Below, piece by piece: positions 35,328-48,054 of a DNA stretch of 64,000 nt. Under the pieces are notes generated by a model. That model ran no database searches and was not told the origin of the DNA. It was given only the letters and a program-made list of their open reading frames with translations. A program made the translations under genes and the position numbers. Position 1 is the first letter of the stretch. Each line of letters starts with the position of its first letter. Source of the DNA: Moniliella sp. 'wahieum' (Eukaryota); NCBI GenBank assembly GCA_003971905.1, contig RSEE01000051.1, forward strand, positions 62,001-126,000. The letters are read 5' to 3'.

Positions 35328-38300
35328 TTACGCCTGCTGGGGCCTGCAGTGCCTGGTCGACCTTTTTGAGCATTTTTGAGTGCGCCCTCGGCTTCGTACT
35401 GCCGGTCTTCGTCCGACAAGCCCGGGTCGTCAGGGCCCTTGATTCGGGTCCTTCCCGATCGTGGCGATTTCGTCGCGCGACAGCCGGCCCCACAAGGAGC
35501 AGCGCCAAGAACTCATACAACCTGCGACTCCGACTCAATGTCCCGGCAAACTCGAGTGTGTGGGCAAAGCCCTGGTCGAGCGTAGCCACATCAATCACCT
35601 TCTTTTCCCGTAGCGCACCCAGTAACCTACCCGTCGCCTTGACAACGTCTTCTTTCCGGTCCACCACCTTTTCCGTCAAGTCTCCCCAGTTTCACCCGCA
35701 CGCCGCGGGCAACGTCTCGATGACGCTACGCCTTCCGTCACGTCGCGCACCGACAAGAACTCGTCAATGTTCATCTTGATCTTCTTGGCGGCTTCTTCCT
35801 CGGACATTTCCGCCTTGGCCGGCTTGGCTTCGGGCTCAGGCGCTTCCTTGTCCTCGTCACCTGGCAGCGGCTTGGTGCGCGGCTGCAGCTGCAACTTGGG
35901 CCGCTCCGCCGGCGCCGACGACGCGTCTTCCGCATCGGCCAAGGCGGCAAACAAGTTGCTCGACGTGGTCCGGGTCGGGGTGGAGGTACCGTCCGCAGCA
36001 GTGGGCGCCTTGGGCCTGCGCTGGCTAAACACACTTTGAGGTCGACCGCCAGCGGCGCGCGGGGCGGCAGACCGAATGCCCTCGCCAAAGCGCGACACGT
36101 CGGGCAAGGTAGCCGTCTGCCAACCGTCGGACGACTCGTTGAACCGGTTTTGGCCGCGGCGCGAACCGCCACGAGAAATGGGTCCCGCCGAGTGGGAGCT
36201 GGCGCGGCCGAGTGACGAGGACGAGCGTGTTGCTGCGCTTCGGATTCGGCCTTTTTGCGCGCAGCGTCGGCGTGGATTTGACGAATGGTTTTCGGCCTTC
36301 GGATTGACCCTTGCCGTGCCAATTGTGCGCACGCAGTTGCAGCAAGTCTACCAACAGGTAGCGCATCCGGCTCGGCATGTTGGGCGTCTCGCTCATCTGC
36401 TCATCCGCTCGTAGCACGCCGACAGCATCGCCCAGGTATCCGCCATGAGTTTCTCCTTCTCGGGACTCTCGTCACCGCGCGCAGCCGTGCGCGGGTTGAG
36501 CACGCATCCAGTTTCGGACCGGCGGCCGCGGCCAACTTGGTGATGGCCTCCACGTCTTCCTCGTCCGGGTCAGAGACAGTGACGAGGGTGGTGAGGCAGT
36601 TGAGCACGACATTGAACCGCAGCATGCCAGCATTGAACAGTTCGCCAATAAATTGGAGCAAGCCCAAGCTGCGCCGCTTGGCCTTTTGCGCTTCGTAGTA
36701 CTCCTCCGACAAGACGGCCGCCTCGCGCAACTTGCGCAACCGGTCGCGCTCTTCCAACGCTGCCTCGGCCGCCTTCTCGCTCGACTCGGCTTCGGCCGCG
36801 GCCGTGTCGCCAGGCTCCTTGGCCTTGGCAGCGAGCACGAGGCTTGCAGGTGCGCCCAGTTGGCCTGGAACACAGCTTGGCACCGACGCAGCAGTTGACG
36901 ACGGAACAGCATCCCGCCCGCCACCTCGTGCGCCGGCCGGTCGCCCTGCGGCGGGTCGACCAGCTTGACTTCCGGGCTGAGCGACGACTGGAGCATGGCA
37001 CAGAGTTGTGTGTACGTCTGGGAAAAGTTCGGTTCGTCCGTGGCCTTTTCAAAGATAAGTTCGATGACTTGGTCCAGCGTGTGGGCATCCGTCTCGTCCT
37101 TCGACTTGTTGGCCCATTCGAGAATGCGCGCCGAGACCGAGGCAAAGTTGTCCAAGGTCAACTTGTTGAGCAGCGCCTTGACCTTGCGTGCGGTCACCTG
37201 CGCCTCCTCCACATTCTCCTTCTTCTTCATGCTCTTGCGAACCCATCGGTTCTCCGTGTGCTCAATCGGCTTGATTTCCGATGGCAACAACGACACCCCG
37301 CCCTTTTCTGGCGGCAGCGGACGGCCTTCCCGCTCACCACACCACGGTCCCGACCACGACGACTGCCACGGCTGCTGGTGGTGCGACCCATCATGTCACG
37401 CGACGGCAGCGCGGCACTGCCGCTGCCACCACGGAACAGGCCCGAACCACGCGCGAGGTTGAAGCTGCCCATCTCGCCACCGACAACGTTACGCTGCTGG
37501 CTCTGGGCAAACCGTTCTTCGCTGCTCTTGGCCACGCCACCACTTTTGCTCATCGAGCCCATCCCGCCCAGACCAATGCCAAAGTTGCCGCTGTTGCGGT
37601 TGGAGCCAAAGCCAAAGCCGCGTCCGCCGCGCGCACTGCCTGCCGCGCCGGCGGGGCTCATGCCAATCGCCTCGGGAGGCGGAAGGCCAGCCGGCCGTTC
37701 CTTGAACACGGCCATAAACTGCAGCAAAAAGTCACGGTCGTAGCGGAAGCGCTGCGAGGTCGAGGCCGAGCTGAGCGCCGCGTCGGGCGCATGCACTTGG
37801 CTCGGGTACTGCACTTTGCTCAAATCGGCAATCTTTTGGGCCGACTCGAGGAGCGGAGCGCGTCGCTGGTACCGGCCCCGGCCGCGGCAGTCGAGGGCTT
37901 GGTCGGCGTCGCAGGCGTCTCGGGCGCCGGGGAAGCAGGTAAGGTGCTGTCCCGCCGACGCTTCTCGGCCTCGGGAGCATCAAACTTGGCTGCCGAAGGG
38001 GTGGTAGGCGAGGCCAGCGGTTTGGCCGGCAGGCCGGCCAGGCCAGGCGTCCGCGGGACCGACAGCGCCGGGGAGACAGGTTTGGTCGCCGTCGACGACG
38101 CAGCACCACCGTCTTCCTTGGTCGCAGCTGCCTCCTTTTCCTTCTCTGCCTCGGCCGCCTTGGCCTTCTCGGCTTCCTCCGCTTCGGCCTTGGCCTTAGC
38201 CTCGGCCTCGGCCGCCTTCTCTTCGGCCTCCTTCTTGGCCTTGGCCTCGGCTTCGGCCTTGGCCTGTGCCTCGGCGGCAGCCTTTTCCTCAGCTTCCTTC

Positions 38301-40147
38301 TTGGCCTTCTCCTCGGCTTCCGCCTTGGCCTTGGCTTCGGCCTCCTTTTGAGCCTTCTCTTCGGCCTCCTTCTTGGCCTGGGCCTCGGCAGCCGCCTTGG
38401 CCTCAGCCTCCTTCTTGGCCTTCTCCTCGGCTTCCTTCTTGGCCTTGACTTCGGCTTCCTTCTGGGCCTTGGCCATCAAGACCTTGGCGAGGAACTGGTT
38501 CTGCTTCTCCGATGCGGCGGGGGCCTTGGCCACGGCGGGCACCGACGGATCCGAAGCGGGAGAGCTGGTTACGGAGGCAACGGCAGGAGCCGGGGACGGA
38601 GAAGAAGTGGGAGCCGGTTGCAGCGCCGGGCTCACCGGGTTGGCCGGGCTGGAAGAGGTGGCGGAAGCACCTGCACCTGCACCTGCACCTGCACCTGCAC
38701 CTGCACCTGCACCTGCACCGGCGGGTGCCTGTTTGGGCAAGTGGACCTCTTTCAGCGTGGTGGGGTTGACAATGCGAATTGCCTTTTTGGTGGGTAAGTT
38801 GAACTCACGTGCATGCACGTCCAGGCCCGACTCGGGCGCCGGAGCGGCCGGCGTAGCCGAGGCCGGCACAAACGGCGCGGCCGACGGTTGGGGCGAACCA
38901 AAGGTGGCACGGGGGGTAGAAGGGGAAGGTCCGTGGCCCTGGCGCGCAGGAAGGGGCGACGGCATGGCAGCCGCCTGCACAGGCGAGCCCGAACCAACGT
39001 CCGACCCGGGGCGCCATAGGGCATGCTCCAAAACGGATAGGGCGGTTGGAACGCAGTTTGGTTGTAGCCCATCGGGCCGGGGTAGTAGCCTGGTGCCATG
39101 GGTGGCAAGTGCGGCGAGCGCCCGGGCGGCGGCACCGCTTGGCCCGCCCCGGCCGGGTAGCCGTACGACGCATACGGAGCCGGGGCCATGGGCTGCGGGC
39201 TGAAGGCTTGTGGCAGGTGGGCTGCGTTGCGCGGCGCACGCATGGTCGGGGAGGCAGCGGGGTGCGACGGACGCTTGGCGGTGCGCCGTTGGTACCAGTG
39301 CGCGGAGCAGAGGGGGACGTGCTGGGCGCGGCGGCCGGGGCAGCGGCGGGGGCGGGAGAGGCTGCTGGTGCTGCTGCTGGTGCTACTGCTGCTGGTGCTG
39401 GTGCTGCGGGGGCCACGGCCGGGGCGGGAGCGGGAGTGGGGGCGGGGGCAGAGGCAGGGGCGGGGGCGGAGGCAGGGGTGGAAGCAGAAGCAGCGGGCGG
39501 GGCGGAGGTCGAAGTGGAAGTCGAAGTCGAAGGCGGGGCAGCGTCCGACTTGGCCGTCGGCTTGCCCTGGAACATTTTTTGAAAGTCGACCGGGTGGCGC
39601 GCGGGCTTGGCGGCGCTGCTGGGCGCGCCAGCGCCAAAGACAACACCCTTGCCCTGCACCTTGCTGCCCGCCGAGGCGCCGACCGAGGCGACGGTGCCAA
39701 ACTGGGCGGGCTGGCCGCCGTTGGCCGGGGCGGCGCGGGCGCAGGCGCGGCGGCGGGGGGCGGGTGGACTTGTTCTGCAGCGAGCCAAAGCTGAGCGAGC
39801 CCGTGTCTGGAGGGGAGGTTAGTGGGAGGTGCGCTACGGAGGAGAAGACAACAAAGTACGCACTCTTGCGGACGTGGGCGGGGGCCTTGGGCAGGGAGAC
39901 GGCCGGGGCGGGCTTGGGCGCCGGGGACGAGGCAGAGGAGGCGGAGGGGGTGGCGGAGGCGGAGGCGGAGGGGGCGGGGGGCTTGGCGGCGGCGGGGGCG
40001 GCGGGGGCGGCGGGGGCGGCGGGGCGGGGCTCTTGGTGGTGGCGGCGCGGCTCTTGGAGCCAGCGGCGGCGGCGGCCGCGTAGTTGAACACCGAGCGAGC
40101 AGCGGCGCGGGGGCGGGGCTGCTGCTGGCGGGCTTGGAGCCGCTCAT
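35328..40147 (-). CDS. TIF4631: Translation initiation factor eIF4G (intron 39807-39863; multiple frameshifts)
   Basis: eIF4E-binding YxxxxL-phi motif YDRDFLL (~37722-37742). MIF4G domain RKVKALLNKLTLDNF..VIELIFEKATDEPNFSQTYTQLC..FRRQLLRRCQ..RRSLGLLQFIGELF..SRMRYLLVDLLQLR. MA3-like KKIKMNIDEFLSVRD. Pro/Ala-rich N-terminus. Stop position inferred. Confidence 0.92.
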
Positions 40148-41001
40148 GCTGGGCGGGGGTGGGGGGGGAGGGGCGGGGCCGGGCGAGAGGCGGCCGGCGC
40201 AGAGGAGGTGGTGGGGGGAGAAGAACCAGCGAGCAGCAGAGGGGCTGCGGCGACGGCTCGTGGTGGAGGAGACGGACCTCCTCGCCGCCTTCTTCCGGGC
40301 GGACTGCCTCGCCCCAGCAGCGCTGCAAAAATTTGTGCCCGCGCGCCACTGCCCCCGCGCCGCACCCGCCGCCGCCGCCCACAGCGCACGCGTGCTGCGC
40401 CCGCACGGCGCCTGTGCCGGCGCCCAGCCGCCGCGCTAGGGTTGCGTCCCGCCGCGGCCCCCTGCCGGCCGTAGCGCTTAGGCTGGGCTTAGCCTTAGCC
40501 TGCCCCCGCGCAGCGCCCGGCTGTCCCGTGGCCCGTGACTGGGCATGACTCGCCGCCCAGTCCCTCCAGGCTTGGTGTGTGCTAAGGCTGACAATTGGAT
40601 GCGGGATGGATGCGCCGCCCCCTGTGTGCGCAACCGAGCCACCCCCCCCGCCCACGCGGCGGGCAGGCGGGCCATCCGCCGCCGGGCGTTTCTTTTTCTG
40701 CGCGCCCCTTTTCCCATTCCGCCCCGTTCCGCCCCGCCCCCGCATGCATCCCGTGCATCACGTGACGCCCTCGGAGATAGGCGCGCCAGCTGACGTCATG
40801 CATCATGCGGCCGCACGCAGCACGCGGGCGTTTGTAATGCGCGGCTGGTTTTGAAATGGGCAGCCGCCGCTTTTCACACCGACGGCTTGCGTTGCTCCCG
40901 CCGGCTGCCCCCGGCTGCCCCCCGGCCGCCGCCAACCGGAGGGACGAGTGACTGCTAGTGACGCAGATAGAAGATCAAGATAAACCCTCCCCACCACCAC
41001 C

Positions 41002-41507
41002 ATGAGCACCACCTTCGACCTCAAGCAAGTCGCCGAGCACAACTCGCGTACGTCTGCCTCGCCTCGCCTTGCTCCAGACGCACTAACCTCTTGCCCTGCT
41101 TGCCTTGCGCCCCCCCCCCCCCCAGCCGATTCCGCCTGGATCGTGATTGACGGCGGCGTGTACGACGTGACGGACTGGCTCGACGATGTACGTACCTCCC
41201 ACTTTTCTCTCTTCCTACATGCTAACCCCCTGCCTGCCCCCCCCCCCCCCCAGCACCCGGGCGGCCGCAAGATCATCCTCAAAAACAGCGGCAAGGACGT
41301 GAGCGAGATCTGGTGGAACTACCACAACGAAACCATCTTTAAAAAGACCGCCCAAAAGTTCAAGATTGGCGAGCGTACGTATCCCATCCGAGTCCATTCC
41401 CAAGTCCCTCGGGCAGCACTGACACACCCCTTTGCCTTTGCCTTTGCCTTTCTGTGCATTCCCATTCCGCTTCCTCCCGCCCAGTCAAGGCCGATGCGAA
41501 GCTCTGA
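41002..41507 (+). CDS. Small soluble cytochrome b5-like heme-binding protein, 83 aa after splicing, ending in -AKL
   Basis: Exons 41002-41047, 41126-41187, 41254-41374 and 41485-41507 give MSTTFDLKQVAEHNSPDSAWIVIDGGVYDVTDWLDDHPGGRKIILKNSGKDVSEIWWNYHNETIFKKTAQKFKIGELKADAKL*, with HPGG and the second axial His. Three GTACGT..CTRAC..CAG introns. Confidence 0.92.
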
Positions 41508-42462
41508 GGCGGCAGAGGCACCTCCCGTCCAATCGGTTGGAACGCATGTCTGCCGCGCGCGTCCAATTGGATCCCATGCCGCTCTGCCTGACCCTATCCT
41601 CCTCAGTCCACAGTTCGTAGCTCTTCTCGCCACTCTGTCCTCGCACTTTGGACGGACCACCGACCGTAGACCTCCGATACTAGTTCTTCTGCATCTGCAT
41701 CTTCCGCACGGGCCTGGCAGTGTGCCGAGTGAGATCCGCCTTGCCACGTTGCAGTGCGCTTCCCGTATGCCAGCCACGGAGGCCATCAAGAGAAGCTGAA
41801 CCTTGGCCCTACCGCTTGATCCTGCGCCATGCGCGATGCATCCTGCATCCTGCATGCCTCACCACGTACCCGACGCCCAAGCGAACGCACACGATACGTC
41901 CACTTTAATGCCGATCTGACGCATCTCATGTTCCCCACCGTCTGGCTAGCTAGGCGAGCAAGGTACCCTCCCAAGGTAGCCTCCCAAGGCGCTGCGGTAG
42001 GAACCGGGCGGGCAGGCTGCATGAGCGCACGCCAAGTGGCACGAGGGGCGTGGGCTCTTGGTGTTGCAGTAGTTGGGCCCCGAGCGCACGCAAGCGAGTC
42101 GAGCAGCACATGCAGCGCAAGTCAACGAAGCAGGGAGGGAGGCAAGCAGGCAAGCAGGCAAAGGCAAACACGAATGAGAACCCGCCTTCCCACCGACCGG
42201 GTCGGGCCCATGGATGTCGAGCCCCTAGGGACTACACCGTACCACCGACCCGGTGCCCACCAACGTTCACGTTCATGTTCACTCCACCCCCCAACTGGAC
42301 ACCCCTTGCACGAGCCGTGGCACTGGCACTGGCACAGGCACGTGTACGTGCACGTCCGCCTCGGCCTCAGCCTGCGCCCCGGCGCGCAAAGCGTACGGCC
42401 CCGAACGGATCTAGGTGCAGCGTGCACAGCGCGCTCCCCCGCTCCCCCTGAGGCCTGGAGCA

Positions 42463-45159
42463 TCAAACCCGCGGCTGGGTCCAGGGCACATCCGTATCGG
42501 CATACGGCTCCAACGGAGGCCGGTAGGCAATAGCTTGCAGCGGCAGAGCCAACTCTTGGTTCTTGCCATTGCCCGTACCGGTGGCTGGTTGCCTAGGACC
42601 GCGCAGATCGCCCACGCGCACGGGCCAGACCACCCCCAGCTCGAAATTGTTCGTATTCCCCTTGGGCGCCAGCGTGCTCCCGGCCACGTAGCCCCACGCC
42701 GATTGTGTGGGGTTGTGCGAGCCCATGTACACCCACCCCACAATCGTATCGTCTTGGTCTTCCTCTTGGTCTGGCTCTTGGTCTTGCGTGTGGTGGGTGG
42801 GCGGCGGGACGGGGCGAGAGGGAGGGTGGAGCTGTTCAGCCTGACGGGGCAAGCGTTCGAACAAGCGCGGTAACTGGGCATAGTAGTGCGGGGCAAAGCG
42901 ACGATCGTTTTAGCATGGCTCAAGGTAGGTGTTCCGCGTCGCGAGCGCGGCTGGCGAAACAGATGGTGAAACTGTTTCGGTCCCCCCCCGCACGCTCTGG
43001 CGGCCCAAAAAACGTCCCGGCTCCCGCCGCGCCGTACGCCGAGCGGTGCAGGACAAACTCGCGCGAGGGAAAGATGAGGTGGATACGAGCTGGCCATCGC
43101 GTCTGCGGGTCGGACAAGTCAAGGGACGATGGGGAGGAAAAGAAGAAAAAGTGTGGGCTGTCCACGCGCAGAAGCAGTACGCCCACTGGTATGCGCACTG
43201 GTAGGGGTAGGAGTAGGAGTAGGATGGGTAGAGGTAGAGGTGGAGGGAAATGTACTTGCGCAGCGCGAGCTCTTCTGGCGAGCCGCCGCGTTTGCTCGCC
43301 AGGGCGCGAGCGCGGTCCGACGGGTACGGCTTGGACGGGTACTGGTTCATGAGCGGAAGCACGTCGTACATGTTGTGGCCCGAGCCAATGAGGTGCAGGT
43401 GCCAGAACCATTGCGGCGTGTAGCTGCCCAAGGACGAACCGGCCAAGTCCATCACGTACCCTGCGCCGGGCGGGACGCGCGTCTTGGCCGACGCGCTGGA
43501 AGGCGGGGCAGACTTGCGCCTGGGACTGGGCATGGTGCCAGTCCCAACCAAGGGCAAGTCAAACGAGCGCAAGATCCTACCCAAGCGGCCCAAGCCCGAC
43601 TGCTGGACCGAGTGCCAGCCTTGGCGCTGGTGCGCATGCGGGATGGAACTGACCAAATGAACGGGAACCGCATTGGGATGCCCCTCGGATCGCAACTCGT
43701 ACTTGGCCAAACTTTGAATCAACTCTTTCGTCTCGGGATCTGAATCGCAAACGGCCAATCCAGTTCAGTATTTTTCACAGGCCCAACGCCCACCTTCCAC
43801 TTCCCATGCGCATCTTTCTCCCTCCCCCCTCGCGCATTTCTCCACTTTCCCCGAACCCAAACAAAAAAACAAGACAAGGCAAGAAGTAAGGAGCGAACGT
43901 ACAATTGAGCGGGGTGAGAGCGACGATGATTTGTTCCAGCTGGGTGCGCAGGTCGTCCGGGTCGAGCGGGGGCGGGCCATAGCCTGGGAAACGACGGGGC
44001 GCTGAGCCGGATGAGTCGGCCTCGGCCTCGGGGCGTTTCCGAGCAAAATCGTGAATGTAAAACGTATTTTCAATTTCGGCCCAGTCGTACGGGACCAAGT
44101 TGCCCGTGGCGACGACCATGCGCAAGCGGTCCGGGTAGAAAAACAAGAGCAGCTTGATATGTTGTACGCCGTAGGTGGGATTGGGCATGGTGGCCGTCAA
44201 GATGTCCATTGTGCCTGCCTGGCCCTTGACGCCGCCCTGGCCTTGGCCATGCATGACCAACGTAATTGGTGGCCCGTTGCCGCGCGGCACGACAGGCATC
44301 CAAGTTGACACCCACGCCAGATCTAACACGTACGTCGATCCGAATACCCTTTCTAGGCCGTGCATCGCCTCCATCGTCGAAGGTAGCGCCACTTCCGCCA
44401 CCGACGCCCCGCGTCGCGTAGGCGCCGCCAATACGTTCCGACTGTGTCGGATCCCGCCACGCCAAAACCGATCCGACGGCCCAATCGGGCGGTACATGCA
44501 AGGCGTCGTGTCCGCACCAGAGGACAAACCAGAGGCAGACGCAGACGCAGAGGTAGAGGTAGAAGTAGACGCAGAAGGAACGGCACTCGACAGGGTACGC
44601 GCAATCGACGGACTGGGGTGACGTCTATGCTTCGGGTGTGTAGGCCGGGACACCGCACACGCATCCCCACCTCCACCTCCACCTCCACCTCCATCCTCTT
44701 CGTCTTCGCGATCCGACTCGATGGAAATGACGTGGGGCGGTGCCGGCCGTGCAGGGGGGCCGCCCGGGCGCGTGGAAAGTTTGGCACGTTTGGGCGGAAC
44801 AGCGGGACGCGATGGGCTTGCTCCGCGTCTATGACCGCGCCGGGAGAAGCAGCGCGCTTGCCGTGGCCAAATCGAGCCAGGCGCGCTTGGCGCAGCGCAT
44901 CCAGCTCGGAAGAACGCGTGCCAGTCGAACTGAGATGGGAACGCGAGGCCGTCAGCGGAGGGGAGGGAGAACGTGCTAACGGCGCCGGCGACGCTGCGGC
45001 GGCGGGAGCGGGGGCAGGGGCGGGGGCGTCAGCGACGCGGGGCGGATGGACGAGGACGGGAGAGCTGCCTGGCTCGCGCCGAGGCTCGTCCAGCTCCGAA
45101 TCGTAGTCGGGCACCGTTGCGTCCGAGTCGTCGCTGAGCACAATCGCGTCGCTAGGCAT
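42463..45159 (-). CDS. TDP1: Tyrosyl-DNA phosphodiesterase 1 (intron 43740-43902; frameshifted)
   Basis: Two HxK motifs (QHIKLLLFFYPDRLRMVVATGNL..DW..IEN and SHAKTIV), LVSSIP, SGLGRL, GSSLGSY, GWVYMGSHN..SAWG, NNFELGVV, C-terminal PY..TDVPW. Confidence 0.9.
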
Positions 45160-48054
45160 GGCCGCAGGAACGCAAGATGCGAGATGCGAGATGCGAAGGG
45201 GCACTGGTGGTGGTGGTGGTGGTGGAGCAGGCGTAGGCAGCCTGACGCTGGGGCCAGCCGGTGACGGTCACCGTCTGTGGAAGATCACCGATCCGCCCCC
45301 ACTGTCACCGGCCCCACCCATATATATCCCCCACCACCACACCACTCCTTGCCCCCTGGATGCCTTGTCCCATCTTTAGCCCCCCAACCGCAATGGCCTG
45401 GATGGGGCGCGCGGCGTTTGCCTCCCAATCGTGCTGCTGGTTCGCACATGGATGTGGGCCCCCGCTAGCTTGGGGGAGCCCCCAGGCGCCTGTCCCATCT
45501 GCCATATGGCGTTTCATCGTCCAGATGGGGCACCGGGGGACGCTGCCACTCGGCAGCAGACGCACAGACGGATGAGCCACCACGCCACTCTCTCCTTGCT
45601 GTGGCCCACGTCCTTTCCGTCCCTCCTCAGGCCTAGGCGTTCCGTTGTTTTTTCTCGCCTGTGGTCCTTGTTCAGCAGCCGAGCCCCTGGTGGCGACTCG
45701 CTCTGCTTGCTGTTCCTCTGTCGGCGTTGTTGGTTCGCTTCCACCACCACCAGTGCGATTGCATCATCCTCGACGACCATCAGGCCTCCAGGACGCATCT
45801 CCCGCCAGACCTTGTAGGGGGGAGAAAACCTACAACGGGCGAATATATATACGAGGAGAGACCAATGGGGGGAGAGTGATGGGCACATACGGACGAGTGG
45901 GCGTCTGGCACAATGGGTGGTGGTGGTGGACGCGCCCTTCGGCCACCAGGCGAGCCTCTCTGGCCGCTGGGAGCGTGCGGAGGGGCGAGTGTCACATGTC
46001 ACCTTCTGCGGGAGGGCAGTCGCTGCGCCCGCCCATACGCCCCCGCCGCACTGCCCCAGTCTCTTTCCACGAGCGATGGCCAGGGGGCCATTATATGAGC
46101 ATGCTCATGATCCTTGCTGGTCTCGGCTACCCCCACTGGCCAGCCGCATCCCAGTGGGCGCCCCACGTGCATCTCCGCATCCACCACCACTGTCCCAACC
46201 ACCGCCAGCATGCCGCTGCTCCCGTCCCCTCCCGTCCCTCGCCGCCCGCTCTGCCGCCTCGGCCACGTCGGCCTCGGCCAGCGCCAGCGCAACCAACTAT
46301 GTCGCCTACACGCACCACCTCTCCAGCGACCAGCTGTGCACTGGGACGGCCGTTCGGGCATTAGCCTGCTGTTTGTCGTTGTCTTTCCGCCGCGTTGGGG
46401 GGGACCTTCCTGCTGCTCATCCTGCTCAGCCGCTGTGTCTTGGAGCGCACCAACGCCCTACCACGCCTGCTGTGCTGCCTCCGCATCGCCCGCAGCTCTT
46501 ACGCCGCAGCCCACCTCACCGGGCGATCATGACCAATCCAAGCCTCCCTCTCTGCTGCTTGTCCCACCCGCGCCAGAGGACGTGCCCTCGGCCCCCTCGA
46601 CCCGACCGAAGCATCGGTTCCTCTCTTGGGACCCGGCGTTCCGGGGTGTTTTATTGCCTGGTGCCCCACCGGCGGTGCAGAACCCGCACCGGGCCTCGCG
46701 CTACGGTACTCCCAGTGTCGGAGGGGGCGCAGTAGGCCCGGCACGCGAATCAATTCGGGATCGAATTCGGGATCTGGGTCGGGGTGGAGGCCCGCACGCG
46801 CGTTGGCTGTCCAACGGGCAGAGGAGGGCGTGCGGCGTTCCAGTCGATTGGACGCGGCAACCGAGCCCGCACACCCAGCGTTCGCCACAGCGCCCAGGTG
46901 TCCCCCTTCCTTGTGGATGTTGCCTAGACTAGACGCTAGTACTGTGCGTGGCACGCGCACCACCATACCCTACTCTCCCATTGGGTCTTTTTATCCTTGT
47001 CCCCCTCACCTGTACTCTCCCTCGCCGCGCACTGTCCTGTCCATGTAGAATATACCCCCCACCATGGTGTTCGACTCGCGACGCCGTCATGCATCCATAG
47101 CCTGTGGCCACCACATGAATCAATCCTTCTCCCTCTTTCACGATGGGTCGTGGCCTGGGTTGGCTGGTCTGCCTCGTGCCACCACGGGCGTCATCCACAC
47201 GGAGTGCTGTGTACGCTGCGGGGGGAGGGGTGGTGGCGCTGGGGACGTTGGAGACGTGTGTGACGCTGGGGTGCGATCGTCTATAATATAACCCCCCGCC
47301 AAGAACGCGCATCCAAGCGCTGGGCACAGGGCAGACAACCCTAGCCTGGCGCGGGGTATGCCGCACGGGGGCAGTGTGTGGCGCTAGGGTTTGCGCCGCT
47401 GGGACACCCGCAACCCAGGCGGGAGGCGCGTATAACAACCACTCGGGCTTCTGCCGCGTGCTGCCTGCTGCCTGCCGCCGCCACACGGGCGCAGCGCCAG
47501 TGTGCACCCTGCACACGCGACGCTTTCCTTTATCAACCCCCGCCTCCTCCTCCCCGCCGCCCCCCGCCCCCCCGTCGCGTGCATGCTGGTTAGCCTCCCC
47601 CCCGCATGCGCAGCCTCCACCCGCCAAAGCCACCACCACCGCCACCGCCCCCTCTTCCCCCCCCTCCCTCGTCGGCGTCACCACCGCCCTGCCGCCGCCA
47701 CGGTCCCAGCCCCAGCCGATCCCTGCGTCTTCTTCCCGCCCCGTCCCGCTCTCCACGCCTCCTCCCCCCCCAGCAGCTTGGCCTCCACCGGCAAAAGCCC
47801 CCCCACCACCCACATCAGCACCACCCGCCACGTCCCCGGCCAAGCCCTCAACCACACCCAGCCCGCCACCCCGTCCCCCTCGCCCAACGGCAGCCTTCTC
47901 TCTGCCTCTCCACCGCCTGGTCCCGCCCCCCTCTTGCTTCCACCCCTTCTCCCTCTCCCTCTCCTCCTCCACCTCCTGCATCCTGTCCTGCAGCTGCCAG
48001 CCCCCCTCAGTCCCCCCCCCCCACCCCCGCACCACCACCCGACGGAAGGAGACC

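Noticed and set aside
37820..40745. Long antisense and alternative-frame ORFs over eIF4G, and similar ones over other GC-rich genes
   Set aside because: Expected shadows of high-GC, repetitive coding sequence; no independent motifs.
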